The notes under the pieces: generated by a model
The model's input: only the letters and a program-made list of their open reading frames with translations
Database searches by the model: none
Told to the model about the DNA's origin: nothing
NCBI GenBank assembly: GCA_050291725.1
Contig: JBNKKH010000035.1
Span: 7,894 to 71,893 of the forward strand
Source: Sedimenticolaceae bacterium
GTDB lineage: Bacteria > Pseudomonadota > Gammaproteobacteria > Chromatiales > Chromatiaceae
DNA length: 64,000 bases
Reading direction: 5' to 3'
Position numbers and translations under genes: made by a program
Shown here: positions 38,220-49,665 of the stretch, piece after piece
How the letters are laid out: the number at the start of each line of letters is the position of its first letter
Position numbering within the stretch: the stretch's first letter is position 1

Positions 38220-40598
38220 TTATTCTCTCAGTTGTGCATTGAGTTTATCTGAGAGGGCATTAATAATCCGAGTCATTACACCCTCTGCATCTTCATCTGT
38301 AAGATTGTGCGAAGTTTCCTGTAAAATCAAGCCCAAAGCGAGACTTTTTCGCCCAAAATCTATATTTTTTCCAGTATAGACGTCAAATAGACGTATTTCT
38401 TGTAAAATTTCCGGTGCAACCTGACGAATGCAGTCAGTGATCTGACCAAATGTCACTGCCTCATCTACCAGGATTGAGATATCCCTCCGGATGGATGGAA
38501 ACTTAGAAAGTGGTGCAAAAGTAGGAAGTTGCTCACCAAACATAAGATCAAGCTTTATCTCGAACAAGAAGGTGTCACCAGCTAAATCCAGCTTGTCTGC
38601 GAGGGCCGGATGCAGCATACCAATCCAACCTACTGACTCACCTTTACGTACAATCTTTGCTGTTTGCCCAGGATGGAGAGATGAGTGCTCCGCAACTTTA
38701 AATTCATACTCCTCGGGAGAGCCTGTCAAGCTCAAAATAGCCTCTAGGTCTGCCTTCAGGTCGAAGAAATCTACGTTTCTACTACCCTCTCCCCACTGCT
38801 CAGACAGATTCTCGCCATATATTAGACCAGCCAGCATTGAATCCTGTTTAATTTCAGAGTCTTGCATAACAAACCTAAGACCTGACTCGAAGATCCGCAC
38901 CCTACTCTGCTGGCGAGCCTGGTTATAGATAGCTGTCTGCAGCAGTCCCGGCCAGAGACTGGTGCGCATAATGGACATATCTGCAGAGATGGGATTGGCC
39001 AGCTCTACAGATTTGTGAGCTGGATCCATCAGCTCTTGCATCTCCTGGCTAATAAAGCTGTAGGTGATAACCTCTTGAAACCCACGATCAACCAGCAACC
39101 CTTTGGCTCGCTGTAGATTGAAATCCAGTTCCCGCTCGCCCCGCAAAATTGTTGCAGCCGCGCTACGATGCATAGGAATTTCGGTATAGCCGTAGATACG
39201 CCCTACCTCTTCAATCAGATCCTCTTCAATACTGATGTCAAAACGGCAACTGGGGGCAACTACTTTCCAGCCTGCATCTACCTGCTCAACCTGCATCTCC
39301 AGACGGGTGAGAATATCTGTGACCATCGCATCATCAATCTCTACACCCAGAATCTTGGCCAGTCGAGTGCGACGCAGAATTACCTCTGGTCTCTGCTCTA
39401 TATGCTCTTCAGAGGAGATACTCTCCACTGGACCTGGCTCACCGCCTACGATCTCCAAGAGTAGCCCTGTGGCGCGCTCAATCGCTCTTACCTGTAGCTC
39501 AGGGTCAACACCACGCTCGAAGCGGTGTGATGAGTCTGTATGCAGTCCATAGCTCCTGGCCTTACCTATAATCTCGGTAGGGGCAAAGAAGGCACTTTCT
39601 AGCAGGATATCCTTGGTTTCAGCACTAACACCTGACTCTTCCCCGCCCATAATGCCGGCCATAGCCAGTGGTTTGCTGGCATCGGTTATCACCAGGGTAT
39701 CTTCCCGTAACTCTTGCTCCTCACCATCCAGCATGGTGAGCTTCTCACCCGCTGTAGCCATACGAACTCGAATCTCTCCGTCCAATTTAGCCAGATCGAA
39801 GCCGTGCATGGGCTGCCCCAGCTCCATCATCACATAGTTAGTTACATCTACCACAGGGCTGATGCTGCGAATCTCGCTACGACGCAGCTTCTCCTGCATC
39901 CACAGGGGTGTTTCCGCCTCTGGATTTATGTTGCGAATAATTCTGCAAGTATATTTAGGGCAGGCCTTAGGAGCTTCAAGCTTAACGGTAAACCTGTCGT
40001 CTACTTGAGCTGGAACTGGCTCGATAGTAGGAGCTGTAACTCCACAGCGGTTAATCACCCCTACATCCCTGGCGATACCGGCAATGCTCAGGCAGTCTCC
40101 CCGATCTGGAGTAAGATCAACCTCTATGTAACTGTCATTCAGATTCAGATAGTTGCGAATATCTTCACCTATGGTTGCATCCGATGGTAGCGGCATAATC
40201 CCTTCGGATGATTCAGCCAAACCAAGCTCGGAAGCAGAGCAGATCATACCCAGAGACTGCAAGCCGCGCAGTTTGGCCTTTTTGATCTTAAAATTACCTG
40301 GAAGCACAGCCCCAACCAGGGCTACTGCTACCTTCATACCTGCGGTTACATTCTTGGCCCCGCATACGATCTGTAGCTGCGTATCTTGTGCAGCATCAAC
40401 TGTGCAGACGCTCAGCTTATCGGCATCTGGATGTGGTTCCCGAGTCAACACCTCTCCAACTACTACGCCCTGAAAATCTCCGGCTACCGGTCCTACGCCA
40501 TCAACCTCTAGGCCAGCCATGCTCAGCTGATCTGCTAGCTGTGTGGTGGTTATATCTGGATTAGCCCACTCCCGTAACCATGCTTCACTGAATTTCAT
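38220..40598 (-). CDS. pheT: Phenylalanine--tRNA ligase beta subunit
   Basis: 792 aa; MKFSEAWLREW..., tRNA-binding, B3/4, B5 and FDX-ACB domains; pheS-pheT-ihfA order. Confidence 0.96.
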   Translation of the reverse strand: MKFSEAWLREWANPDITTTQLADQLSMAGLEVDGVGPVAGDFQGVVVGEVLTREPHPDADKLSVCTVDAAQDTQLQIVCGAKNVTAGMKVAVALVGAVLPGNFKIKKAKLRGLQSLGMICSASELGLAESSEGIMPLPSDATIGEDIRNYLNLNDSYIEVDLTPDRGDCLSIAGIARDVGVINRCGVTAPTIEPVPAQVDDRFTVKLEAPKACPKYTCRIIRNINPEAETPLWMQEKLRRSEIRSISPVVDVTNYVMMELGQPMHGFDLAKLDGEIRVRMATAGEKLTMLDGEEQELREDTLVITDASKPLAMAGIMGGEESGVSAETKDILLESAFFAPTEIIGKARSYGLHTDSSHRFERGVDPELQVRAIERATGLLLEIVGGEPGPVESISSEEHIEQRPEVILRRTRLAKILGVEIDDAMVTDILTRLEMQVEQVDAGWKVVAPSCRFDISIEEDLIEEVGRIYGYTEIPMHRSAAATILRGERELDFNLQRAKGLLVDRGFQEVITYSFISQEMQELMDPAHKSVELANPISADMSIMRTSLWPGLLQTAIYNQARQQSRVRIFESGLRFVMQDSEIKQDSMLAGLIYGENLSEQWGEGSRNVDFFDLKADLEAILSLTGSPEEYEFKVAEHSSLHPGQTAKIVRKGESVGWIGMLHPALADKLDLAGDTFLFEIKLDLMFGEQLPTFAPLSKFPSIRRDISILVDEAVTFGQITDCIRQVAPEILQEIRLFDVYTGKNIDFGRKSLALGLILQETSHNLTDEDAEGVMTRIINALSDKLNAQLRE

Positions 40599-40622
40599 TT
40601 TGTTGTTCCTAAATTAAATCAG

Positions 40623-40769
40623 TCCGCAAATAAACGCGAATTAACGCAAATATACTTCTGATTTACTCTTATAAAATTAAAGTTCAAACTAGTTAAACAA
40701 AATCTGCTTCATTAACGTCAGCCATAGCCAACAAAAAATCATTAGCGTTTATTGGCGTTCATTCGCGGA
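40623..40769. repeat. Inverted-repeat element (25-nt imperfect terminal IRs around ~97 bp of AT-rich DNA) in the pheS-pheT spacer
   Basis: TCCGCAAATAAACGCGAATTAACGC (40623-40647) against the reverse complement of GCGTTTATTGGCGTTCATTCGCGGA (40745-40769): 21 of 25 identical. Each arm is built from three ~9-nt CGC(A/G)AAT(A/T)AA-like sub-repeats. Confidence 0.6.
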
Positions 40770-40779
40770 TAAATTTTTT

Positions 40780-41823
<1,044 letters not shown>

Positions 41824-41911
41824 TTATCGGAAATATATTAAAGGAAATCAAAAACACACTTTTTGCTTTCCATGGTCTCAGAGTTACATAAGTAACGGTT
41901 CAGACCTTCCT

Positions 41912-41950
41912 AAAAAACAAAAAAGGGGGAAAGGCCAGGCCCTTCCCCCT
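41912..41950 (-). terminator. Rho-independent terminator between rplT and pheS
   Basis: The minus strand reads AAGGGGGAAGGGCC-TG-GCCTTTCCCCCTT followed by TTTTGTTTTTT. The stem is GC-rich, ~12 bp, with one G-T pair. Confidence 0.72.
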
Positions 41951-42005
41951 TGCGTATCATTTTATTACTGACCGAGGTCAGTTACATGACAAGCGATGTA
42001 GGACG

Positions 42006-42383
42006 TTAATCCTTCTTCTCTTCTTTCGGGGGTAGCTGGGCCTTTGCCTGCTCTGCTAGCGCGGCAAATGCCGGCTTGTCGAATATGGCAAGATCAGCCA
42101 GTACCTTACGATCAATCTCCACACCTGCAAGATTAAGGCCGTGTATCATACGGCTATAAGAGAGGCCATTCTCTCGGGCACCAGCGTTGATACGGGCAAT
42201 CCACAGAGAACGAAACTGACGTTTTTTCTGACGACGGTCACGGTAGGCATACTGTCCGGCCTTGATTACCGCCTGCTTAGCAACTCGATAGACCTTACTC
42301 CGGGCACCGTAATAGCCCTTAGCCTCTTTCAGCACTTTTTTATGTTTGGCGCGTGCTTCTACACCACGTTTAACTCTAGGCAT
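42006..42383 (-). CDS. rplT: 50S ribosomal protein L20
   Basis: [39 protein letters not shown]... Confidence 0.96.
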   Translation of the reverse strand: MPRVKRGVEARAKHKKVLKEAKGYYGARSKVYRVAKQAVIKAGQYAYRDRRQKKRQFRSLWIARINAGARENGLSYSRMIHGLNLAGVEIDRKVLADLAIFDKPAFAALAEQAKAQLPPKEEKKD

Positions 42384-42402
42384 GATTCAATCTCCAATCC
42401 TG

Positions 42403-42600
42403 TCAGGCGTATGGCAACATGCGACGAGCTGAGGCCACGTCGGACTTGTGCACTTGAGCTGGGCAACGCAGCTGACGCTTACGTTTGGTGCTCTTCTTAG
42501 TCAGGATATGGCTACGATGGGACTGGCCACGCTTGAACGACCCGGAAGCTTTTCTTTTGAAACGCTTAGCCGCGCCGCGATTAGTCTTAATCTTCGGCAT
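42403..42600 (-). CDS. rpmI: 50S ribosomal protein L35
   Basis: [45 protein letters not shown]. Confidence 0.95.
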   Translation of the reverse strand: MPKIKTNRGAAKRFKRKASGSFKRGQSHRSHILTKKSTKRKRQLRCPAQVHKSDVASARRMLPYA

Positions 42601-42669
42601 TTCTCATAACTCCGCAATTTGTGGGCCTCTAACAACTGCTGTTGAGGCTCCTCTTTAAGTTAATTACAT

Positions 42670-43188
42670 CTACTTTTTCTTGGGTCCTAAAACCATAACC
42701 ATCTGCCGGCCTTCCATCTGGGCGTGCTGTTCTACCTGGCCATATTCTGCCAGATCGGATTCGATCCTCTTCAGCACTTCCAGACCCAGCTCTCGATGGG
42801 CATGCTCACGACCGCGGAACCGCATGGTTACCTTGGTCTTGTCCCCGTCTGTCAGGAAACGTATCAGGTTGCGTAGTTTTACCTGATAATCCCCTTCACC
42901 CGTCCCTGGACGAAATTTTACTTCTTTCACATGAACCTGTTTCTGCTTCTTCTTCGCAGCCTGCTGCTGTTTCTTCTGTTCAAAAATATATTTACCGAAG
43001 TCCATAACCCTACACACTGGTGGCTCGGCATTTGGTTGTATCTCTACCAGATCCAACCCGGCTTCAGTAGCGGATGCAATCGCCTCTTGGATTGATACGA
43101 CGCCAGCTTGCTCCCCTTCTTGATCAATAAGTCTAACCTCTGGGGCAGTAATCTCGTCATTCAAGCGATTCTTTCTTTTTACAGCGAT
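42670..43188 (-). CDS. infC: Translation initiation factor IF-3, probably with a non-canonical ATC start
   Basis: The body [21 protein letters not shown]...[18 protein letters not shown] is canonical IF3. GGAGGA lies 7 nt upstream of the ATC at 43188-43186. The ORF-track start is a TTG at 43236 without a good SD, and it adds 16 non-homologous residues. Confidence 0.88.
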   Translation of the reverse strand: MAVKRKNRLNDEITAPEVRLIDQEGEQAGVVSIQEAIASATEAGLDLVEIQPNAEPPVCRVMDFGKYIFEQKKQQQAAKKKQKQVHVKEVKFRPGTGEGDYQVKLRNLIRFLTDGDKTKVTMRFRGREHAHRELGLEVLKRIESDLAEYGQVEQHAQMEGRQMVMVLGPKKK

Positions 43189-43267
43189 AACAGTTTCCTC
43201 CGAAACAAGCAGAGCCTGCGCCACATATCTGGCCAATCTTTCACGGCCTTTGGCAGCACAAGCTCTA

Positions 43268-45178
43268 TCATTCTTTAATGACCGATGCTTCCTTTTCCAC
43301 CATCTCTATAAAGGCCTCGACACTCATACTTCCAAGGTCTTCACCTGAGCGGCTACGGACAGCTACGGTCCCATTTTCCATCTCGCGGTCGCCAACTACC
43401 AATAGGTAGGGCACCCGACTCAATGTGTGCTCGCGAATTTTAAAGCCGATTTTCTCGTTTCTCAAGTCCATTTCGGCCCTAAAACCATGTTTTTTCACAC
43501 TTTGAGTCACTTTTTCCACATATTCGGCCTGTCGGTCGGTAATATTCATCACTACCAGCTGCAATGGTGACAACCAGAACGGCATTGCACCGGCATAGTG
43601 TTCGATCAAAATTCCGATAAAACGCTCAATGGAACCGAGGATAGCTCGATGCAACATCACCGGAGTCTGCTTGCTGTTATCCTCCGCCACATACTGGGCA
43701 CCTAGACGACCAGGCATTGAGAAATCGAGTTGGATGGTACCGCACTGCCAAGCGCGGCCGATACTATCGTGCAGGGTAAATTCAATCTTAGGACCATAGA
43801 ACGCCCCCTCACCCGGTTTCACCTTGTACTCCAGACCCTTGCTTTTGAGACAAGACTCCAACGCCGCTTCCGAACGATCCCACAATTCATCTTCTCCAAC
43901 TCGTTTTTCTGGACGGGTGGAAAAAGCCAGCGCGACACTGTCAAAACCAAAATCGCGATAGACCTCGAAAATTATATCAATCAGGATGCCAACTTCTGCT
44001 TCGATTTGATCTTCTGTACAGAAAACGTGGGCATCATCCTGTACAAATCGTCGAGCACGCATCAATCCATGCAAGGTGCCAGAAGGTTCGTTTCGATGCA
44101 CTACCCCAAACTCGGCTATACGCAACGGCAGATCACGGTAACTGCGTAGTCCTTGATTGAATAGCTGTATGTGCCCTGGGCAGTTCATCGGTTTGATAGC
44201 GTAATCGCGATCATCCAGGTGGGTGGTAAACATGTCCTCGGCAAATTTTTCCCAGTGCCCGGATTTCTCCCACAAAGAACGATCCAGCAACTGCGGGGTA
44301 TGCACCTCTTCATAGTCATACTCTACTAGCTTGCTGCGCATGTATTCTTCAACCTGGCGATAGAGCTGGTAGCCTTTTTGATGCCAGAACGCCATGCCTG
44401 GAGCCTCATCCTGGAAGTGGAACAAATCCAGCTGCTTACCCAATTTGCGATGATCACGCTTCTCTGCCTCTTCCAATCTATGCAGATAGGTCTTTAGCTC
44501 TTTCTTATCCTTCCAGGCGGTACCGTAGATACGTTGTAGCATCGCGTTATCGGAGTTGCCACGCCAGTAGGCACCAGCCACCTTCATCAGCTTGAACGCC
44601 TTCAACCTGCCGGTATTGGGAACATGTGGTCCACGACAGAGGTCTGTGAATTCGCCCTGCTTATATAGGGATAAAGTCTGGTCTGCTGGGATATCCTCAA
44701 TGATCTCAGCCTTATACTCCTCTCCCAGAGCGCGGAAAAACTCCACCGCCTCATCTCTACTCTTCTCCATACGCTCCACTGGGGAGTTGGCCTTTACCAG
44801 CTTCTTCATCTGGGCCTCTATTGCCGCGAGATCTTCCATGGTAAAGGGGCGTTCGTAGGCGAAGTCATAGTAGAAACCATCTTCAATGGTGGGGCCGATG
44901 GTTACTTGGGCAGTTGGAAACAGCTCTTTAACCGCCTGGGCCATCAAGTGAGCCGTGGAGTGGCGAATAATATCCAGCCCCTCTTCATCTCGGTCGGTAA
45001 TAATGGCAAGTTCGACATCAGCATCCATAACATGAGATGTATCCACCAAATCGCCATCAACACGTCCTGCCAAAGCGGCACGGGCCAGGCCTTCTCCAAT
45101 AGATGCAGCCACATCATGCACGGAAACTGGGGCATCAAAACTGCGTTGGGAACCATCAGGGAGGGTAATTACAGGCAT
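43268..45178 (-). CDS. thrS: Threonine--tRNA ligase
   Basis: 636 aa; [14 protein letters not shown] (TGS), [11 protein letters not shown] editing motif and a class II core; thrS-infC-rpmI-rplT operon order. Confidence 0.96.
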   Translation of the reverse strand: MPVITLPDGSQRSFDAPVSVHDVAASIGEGLARAALAGRVDGDLVDTSHVMDADVELAIITDRDEEGLDIIRHSTAHLMAQAVKELFPTAQVTIGPTIEDGFYYDFAYERPFTMEDLAAIEAQMKKLVKANSPVERMEKSRDEAVEFFRALGEEYKAEIIEDIPADQTLSLYKQGEFTDLCRGPHVPNTGRLKAFKLMKVAGAYWRGNSDNAMLQRIYGTAWKDKKELKTYLHRLEEAEKRDHRKLGKQLDLFHFQDEAPGMAFWHQKGYQLYRQVEEYMRSKLVEYDYEEVHTPQLLDRSLWEKSGHWEKFAEDMFTTHLDDRDYAIKPMNCPGHIQLFNQGLRSYRDLPLRIAEFGVVHRNEPSGTLHGLMRARRFVQDDAHVFCTEDQIEAEVGILIDIIFEVYRDFGFDSVALAFSTRPEKRVGEDELWDRSEAALESCLKSKGLEYKVKPGEGAFYGPKIEFTLHDSIGRAWQCGTIQLDFSMPGRLGAQYVAEDNSKQTPVMLHRAILGSIERFIGILIEHYAGAMPFWLSPLQLVVMNITDRQAEYVEKVTQSVKKHGFRAEMDLRNEKIGFKIREHTLSRVPYLLVVGDREMENGTVAVRSRSGEDLGSMSVEAFIEMVEKEASVIKE

Positions 45179-45261
45179 ATTCTATATCCTCTATCAGTGG
45201 TGACCCCTACGAAAGGCCACTTGAAAAAAAGCCAGATCAGTAAGAGACCCGGCATAAAATT

Positions 45262-45338
<77 letters not shown>

Positions 45339-45457
45339 AAATTCTAGTGCAGATAACATATCTGCCGTTTACATCCATGTAGTATCTCTCCGGCCCAGCG
45401 TCCATGCTGGGCGTTCGGCGGAAAAATGATTCACAGGATCATTTTTCCTGGCCTCAC

Positions 45458-45480
45458 CCAACTGAGCTACGCGCCTAAAT
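45458..45480 (-). repeat. Orphan copy of the 5' part of tRNA-Val (acceptor 5' strand, D-arm and 4 nt of leader)
   Basis: CCAACTGAGCTACGCGCCTAAAT is identical to 45320-45342, 138 bp away. No matching 3' half follows. Confidence 0.65.
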
Positions 45481-45690
45481 CGTCTACATCACGAAGACGG
45501 CGAATGATACCGGGTTATCCTCATCTAAATCAAGGTCAATGCGGACCAAAGATTGAGCTCCCAAGCAACCTATTCAAAAAATACATATTATTTGCCTTCG
45601 GTCATTACAGTTTTGTTGCAGAGTTGTTAAAGTTCGTGCCACAAAAATAGCGCCACCAACATTAACACACTATTTAAGCAGTTATTCGCA

Positions 45691-47259
45691 ATGGAACTCA
45701 AAAATATTGTCAATCTAGAAAAGGCCGCAAATAAAGGCCGCAAAGAGATATTCCGCATTGGGATGGCTCTCCTCTTCATGGTCGGAATTATTTTATTCAT
45801 CAGCGTACGCGGCATAAACACCGCCGATCATATTCTGCTTATGATTGCCGCCATCATAGGCGGATATATGGCTATAAACATTGGCGCCAATGACGTGGCC
45901 AATAATGTTGGACCAGCTGTTGGCTCACAAGCGCTTACCCTTACGGGCGCAATTCTAATTGCAGCAATTTTCGAGGCTTCCGGAGCATTAATTGCAGGAG
46001 GAGACGTTGTCTCTACCATAAAAAAAGGGATCATTGATCCAGCCTTGATCACAGATTCAGACACGTTTATCTGGCTAATGTTGGCTGCTCTTTTGGCTGG
46101 CGCCATCTGGCTCAATGTTGCCACCGCCCTAGGTGCACCTGTTTCCACCACTCACTCCATAGTGGGAGGTGTTCTGGGCGCAGGGGTTGCAGCAGGCGGA
46201 CTGGAGATAGCCAACTGGAGCACGATGGGGGCTATTGGAGCGAGCTGGGTTATTTCACCAATCATGGGGGGAGCCATAGCAGCTGGTTTTCTCTATCTGA
46301 TAAAGCGGACAATCACATACCAGTCTGACATGATAAGCGCCGCTAAACGTATGGTACCCATATTTGTGGCCATTATGGCTTGGGCATTCATAACCTACTC
46401 ATCATTGAAAGGTCTTAAACATGTATGGAAGATGGATTTTACCTCAGCCTCTTTATTGGGACTGGCCCTATCTGTCATAGTTTACGCTGTGGTAAAACCT
46501 ATTCTTATCAAGACTGCAAGCAAATTACCGAACGAAAAACAGAGTGTAAACCAACTTTTCACTGTACCTCTGATTTTCGCCGCTGCCCTGCTCAGTTTTG
46601 CCCATGGAGCAAATGATGTAGCTAATGCCGTTGGGCCTCTGGCGGCAATCAACGAAACCATTATGAGCGGCGGCATAAAAAGTAAGGCAGGTATCCCCAT
46701 ATGGGTGATGATGGTTGGGGCTATCGGTATAGCACTCGGACTAGCTTTGTACGGACCAAAGCTGATACGTACAGTAGGTTCAGAGATAACAGAACTGGAT
46801 AAGATGCGTGCTTACTGCATTGCCATGGCTGCATCCATCACGGTTATCGTCGCAACCCAACTTGGGCTCCCAGTCAGTTCCACACACATTGCTGTTGGTG
46901 GTGTATTTGGCGTAGGTTTTCTCCGTGAATTTATCAAAGCCAGCTACGCCAAAATGATTGACGAGATCAAACATCACCATAAAGATGATCATCCTGAGAT
47001 AGTCGAAGCTTTTCTGATTGACTTTAAGAAAGCTTCACTGAATGAAAAAAGCCTCATGCTTGAGCAACTCAAACAGAAAAAAGCAGATGCTCAGCTAACC
47101 AAGAAAGAACGCAAGGGCCTGGTCAGTGTCTACAAAAATGAGTTGGTTAAGCGTTCAGCAGTAATGAAAATAGTCGCCGCTTGGTTAATCACCGTGCCTG
47201 CATCCGGCATTCTAGCAGCACTGATCTTTTATACTATCAGAGGTATTATGCTGCCGTAG
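45691..47259 (+). CDS. Inorganic phosphate transporter, PiT (PHO4) family
   Basis: 522-aa polytopic protein with duplicated GANDVAN(N/A)VGP signatures at both ends and a long charged central loop. Confidence 0.9.
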   Translation: MELKNIVNLEKAANKGRKEIFRIGMALLFMVGIILFISVRGINTADHILLMIAAIIGGYMAINIGANDVANNVGPAVGSQALTLTGAILIAAIFEASGALIAGGDVVSTIKKGIIDPALITDSDTFIWLMLAALLAGAIWLNVATALGAPVSTTHSIVGGVLGAGVAAGGLEIANWSTMGAIGASWVISPIMGGAIAAGFLYLIKRTITYQSDMISAAKRMVPIFVAIMAWAFITYSSLKGLKHVWKMDFTSASLLGLALSVIVYAVVKPILIKTASKLPNEKQSVNQLFTVPLIFAAALLSFAHGANDVANAVGPLAAINETIMSGGIKSKAGIPIWVMMVGAIGIALGLALYGPKLIRTVGSEITELDKMRAYCIAMAASITVIVATQLGLPVSSTHIAVGGVFGVGFLREFIKASYAKMIDEIKHHHKDDHPEIVEAFLIDFKKASLNEKSLMLEQLKQKKADAQLTKKERKGLVSVYKNELVKRSAVMKIVAAWLITVPASGILAALIFYTIRGIMLP

Positions 47260-47287
47260 ACAATTGGATTATTTCCGATTGTGTAAC

Positions 47288-47674
47288 CTATTGACCTTCG
47301 TCCTTCAATAGATCCTTGAGCGCAGAAAACGGCCTGGAGGTTGCCGTATTCCCGCGACTGTCAACATTACTGCTACCTCCATACCTCTCCTCCTCCACAT
47401 ACCTTGAATGTTCGTTATCATGGCAATAGATACACAACAACTCCCAATTGGATCCATCCTCCGGGTTGTTATCATGATCGTGGTCACGGTGATGCACCGT
47501 TAGCTCATGCACATTTACCTGGGTGAATTCGCGACGACAACGCCCGCAAATCCATGGATACATCTTCAAAGCCCGCCCCCGGTAGCTACGCTCCCGTTCT
47601 TCCCGTTTGCTTCTGGCCGCTGCAACAACCTGATCTAACTTGGTATTGTTAATTAAACTCTTATCCTGTGACAT
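47288..47674 (-). CDS. yajD: HNH endonuclease-family protein, YajD-like
   Basis: CGRCRREF...LTVHHRDHDHDNNPEDGSNWELLCIYCHDNEH. The ATG at 47674 is preceded by GGAGG. The ORF-track extension to 47719 is unlikely. Confidence 0.8.
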   Translation of the reverse strand: MSQDKSLINNTKLDQVVAAARSKREERERSYRGRALKMYPWICGRCRREFTQVNVHELTVHHRDHDHDNNPEDGSNWELLCIYCHDNEHSRYVEEERYGGSSNVDSRGNTATSRPFSALKDLLKDEGQ

Positions 47675-47845
47675 AGGAAACAACCTCCATAACAAGATTA
47701 TAGAACCTCTAGACAACAATTAATGGTTGTAAGCCAGATACCGCACCACTGCTTAGCTAAGCCATATTTCTGGTAGCAAGCATTCGGAAATAGAATAGAC
47801 TAGAGGTTATACTCATTGAGTAACATCAGAATAGCGGAGGATTTG

Positions 47846-49003
47846 ATGCCCCAACGTCATTTAGGACTGCTCATAACACTGACTGTCATACTTGTCATTA
47901 CTCTTGCCATATGGTTCTCCACCAGACCAAAACCAGTTGCAGTCAAAGTCGAGCCGGTCGAAATCGGCAATGTGGAACAGACTGTGGCCAACACCAGAGC
48001 CGGTACTGTAAAGGCCTGTCGTCGGGCAAAACTCTCGCCGGGGGTTGGTGGACAGATAGCAACTCTTGATATTAAAGAGGGTGATATGGTTAAGGCAGGC
48101 ACCCTCCTGCTGGAGTTGTGGAACAAGGACCTTCGGGCCGATATCGCTCTGAACGAGAGTGAAGCAATAGCCTCTTTGGCAAATGCTCGAGCTGCCTGTT
48201 TTCAAGCCGATGTCTCTGACAGAGAAGCCAAACGCAAGCAGCAATTAAAAGGCACCGGAGCTGTTTCAGAAGAGTCTGTAGATAGGGCAGTTAGCGAGGC
48301 CCAATCCCGCAGAGCAGATTGTGAGTCAGCCAACGCTATGGCGAAAGTATCATCCGCACGGGCAGACGTAGCCAGATCTCAATTGGAGCGCACTCAGCTT
48401 ATCGCGCCGTTTAATGGTGTGGTAGCAGAGATTAATGGCGAGCTAAACGAGTATGTCACTCCCTCCCCTCCTGGTATCGCAACTCCACCTGCAGTAGATC
48501 TAATCGACAACTCCTGCTTCTATGTAGCAGCACCAATTGATGAAGTGGATGCGCCTAAAATTACCATCGGTAAAGTAGCAAGAGTGAGCCTCGACGCTTT
48601 CGGAGACAAACGTTTCCCTGGAACCGTACGCCGCATTGCGGCATACGTTCTGGATTTGGAGAAACAGGCTAGAACGGTAGAAGTAGAAGTCGAATTCACT
48701 AATAAGAAAGATATTGAGCAACTGCTGGCCGGTTACTCTGCGGATGTGGAAATAATCCTGGATGAACATAAAAACACCCTGCGCATTCCCACAGAAGCGA
48801 TTTTAGAAGGAGACAAAGTTTTTGTATTCAACCAGGATGATGAACTGCTTGAAGAGAGAAAGATTGAGAAAGGCATGTCTAACTGGGACTGGACTGAGAT
48901 TACATCCGGCCTAAAGCAAGGTGAACTGGTGGTGACATCTGTGGACAAGGAAGGCGTCAAAGATGCAGCCATAGCCAAACTGGAAACAGAGAAAAACCAG
49001 TGA
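47846..49003 (+). CDS. Periplasmic adaptor (membrane fusion protein, HlyD/MacA family) of an ABC efflux system
   Basis: N-terminal membrane anchor, biotinyl-lipoyl-like GQIATLDIKEGDMVKAGTLLLEL, a coiled-coil hairpin and a beta-barrel. The ATG at 47846 has GGAGG 5 nt upstream. The ORF track uses a TTG at 47816. Confidence 0.85.
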   Translation: MPQRHLGLLITLTVILVITLAIWFSTRPKPVAVKVEPVEIGNVEQTVANTRAGTVKACRRAKLSPGVGGQIATLDIKEGDMVKAGTLLLELWNKDLRADIALNESEAIASLANARAACFQADVSDREAKRKQQLKGTGAVSEESVDRAVSEAQSRRADCESANAMAKVSSARADVARSQLERTQLIAPFNGVVAEINGELNEYVTPSPPGIATPPAVDLIDNSCFYVAAPIDEVDAPKITIGKVARVSLDAFGDKRFPGTVRRIAAYVLDLEKQARTVEVEVEFTNKKDIEQLLAGYSADVEIILDEHKNTLRIPTEAILEGDKVFVFNQDDELLEERKIEKGMSNWDWTEITSGLKQGELVVTSVDKEGVKDAAIAKLETEKNQ

Positions 49004-49665
49004 TTAAACTGGAAGCAATTTCCCGTGAGTTCTTGGTTGGGGATGAGACAGTGCATGCCCTGAATCATATAGACCTGGAACTAAAGCGTGGCGACTACTG
49101 CTCTATCATGGGGCCTTCCGGTTCCGGCAAATCCACCTTGCTGAATATTCTTGGACTACTGGATCGCCCCAACGGAGGTCACTACTGGCTGGATGAGATA
49201 GATACTACATCCCTAACGGAAGAGCTGCGTGCGTCGGTAAGACGCAACAAAATAGGCTTTGTATTCCAATCGTTTCATCTGGTTCCACGTCTAACCGCAG
49301 AGGAAAACGTGGAACTGCCTTTAACCCTAGCCGGCGTTGAACCACATGAACGCAAACAGAGAGTGCACGCTGCACTGGAGCCTCTGGGACTACTGAATCG
49401 GGCTGACCACCGACCAGACCAACTCTCTGGCGGACAGAGACAACGGGTAGCCATAGCTCGAGCCACTATTATGCAGCCCACGATTATCTTGGCTGACGAA
49501 CCAACGGGTAATCTGGACAAGGTCTCCAGCAAAGAGGTCATCGAAACCCTGGAACTACTAAACAGCAAGGGCATTATCCTGTTAATAGTAACTCATGATC
49601 CTGATGTAGGTGAAAGAGCCACACAGCGTATACATATGGAGGATGGCGCCATAATCAGTAGTTGA
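49000..49665 (+). CDS. ABC transporter ATP-binding protein (MacB/LolD type)
   Basis: Walker [10 protein letters not shown], signature [14 protein letters not shown] and Walker [13 protein letters not shown]. Its start overlaps the adaptor stop. Confidence 0.93.
   Translation: MIKLEAISREFLVGDETVHALNHIDLELKRGDYCSIMGPSGSGKSTLLNILGLLDRPNGGHYWLDEIDTTSLTEELRASVRRNKIGFVFQSFHLVPRLTAEENVELPLTLAGVEPHERKQRVHAALEPLGLLNRADHRPDQLSGGQRQRVAIARATIMQPTIILADEPTGNLDKVSSKEVIETLELLNSKGIILLIVTHDPDVGERATQRIHMEDGAIISS

Noticed and set aside
38491-40473. Several plus-strand ORFs of 98-158 aa inside pheT.
   Set aside because: They are antisense to pheT, and their Ser/Pro/Arg-rich translations mark them as artefacts.
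41871-41873. Second mini-ORF ATG GAA AGC AAA AAG TGT GTT TTT GAT TTC CTT TAA upstream of pheS, considered as a PheM-like leader peptide.
   Set aside because: It has only two Phe codons, no SD, and no alternative hairpins that I could pair with it.
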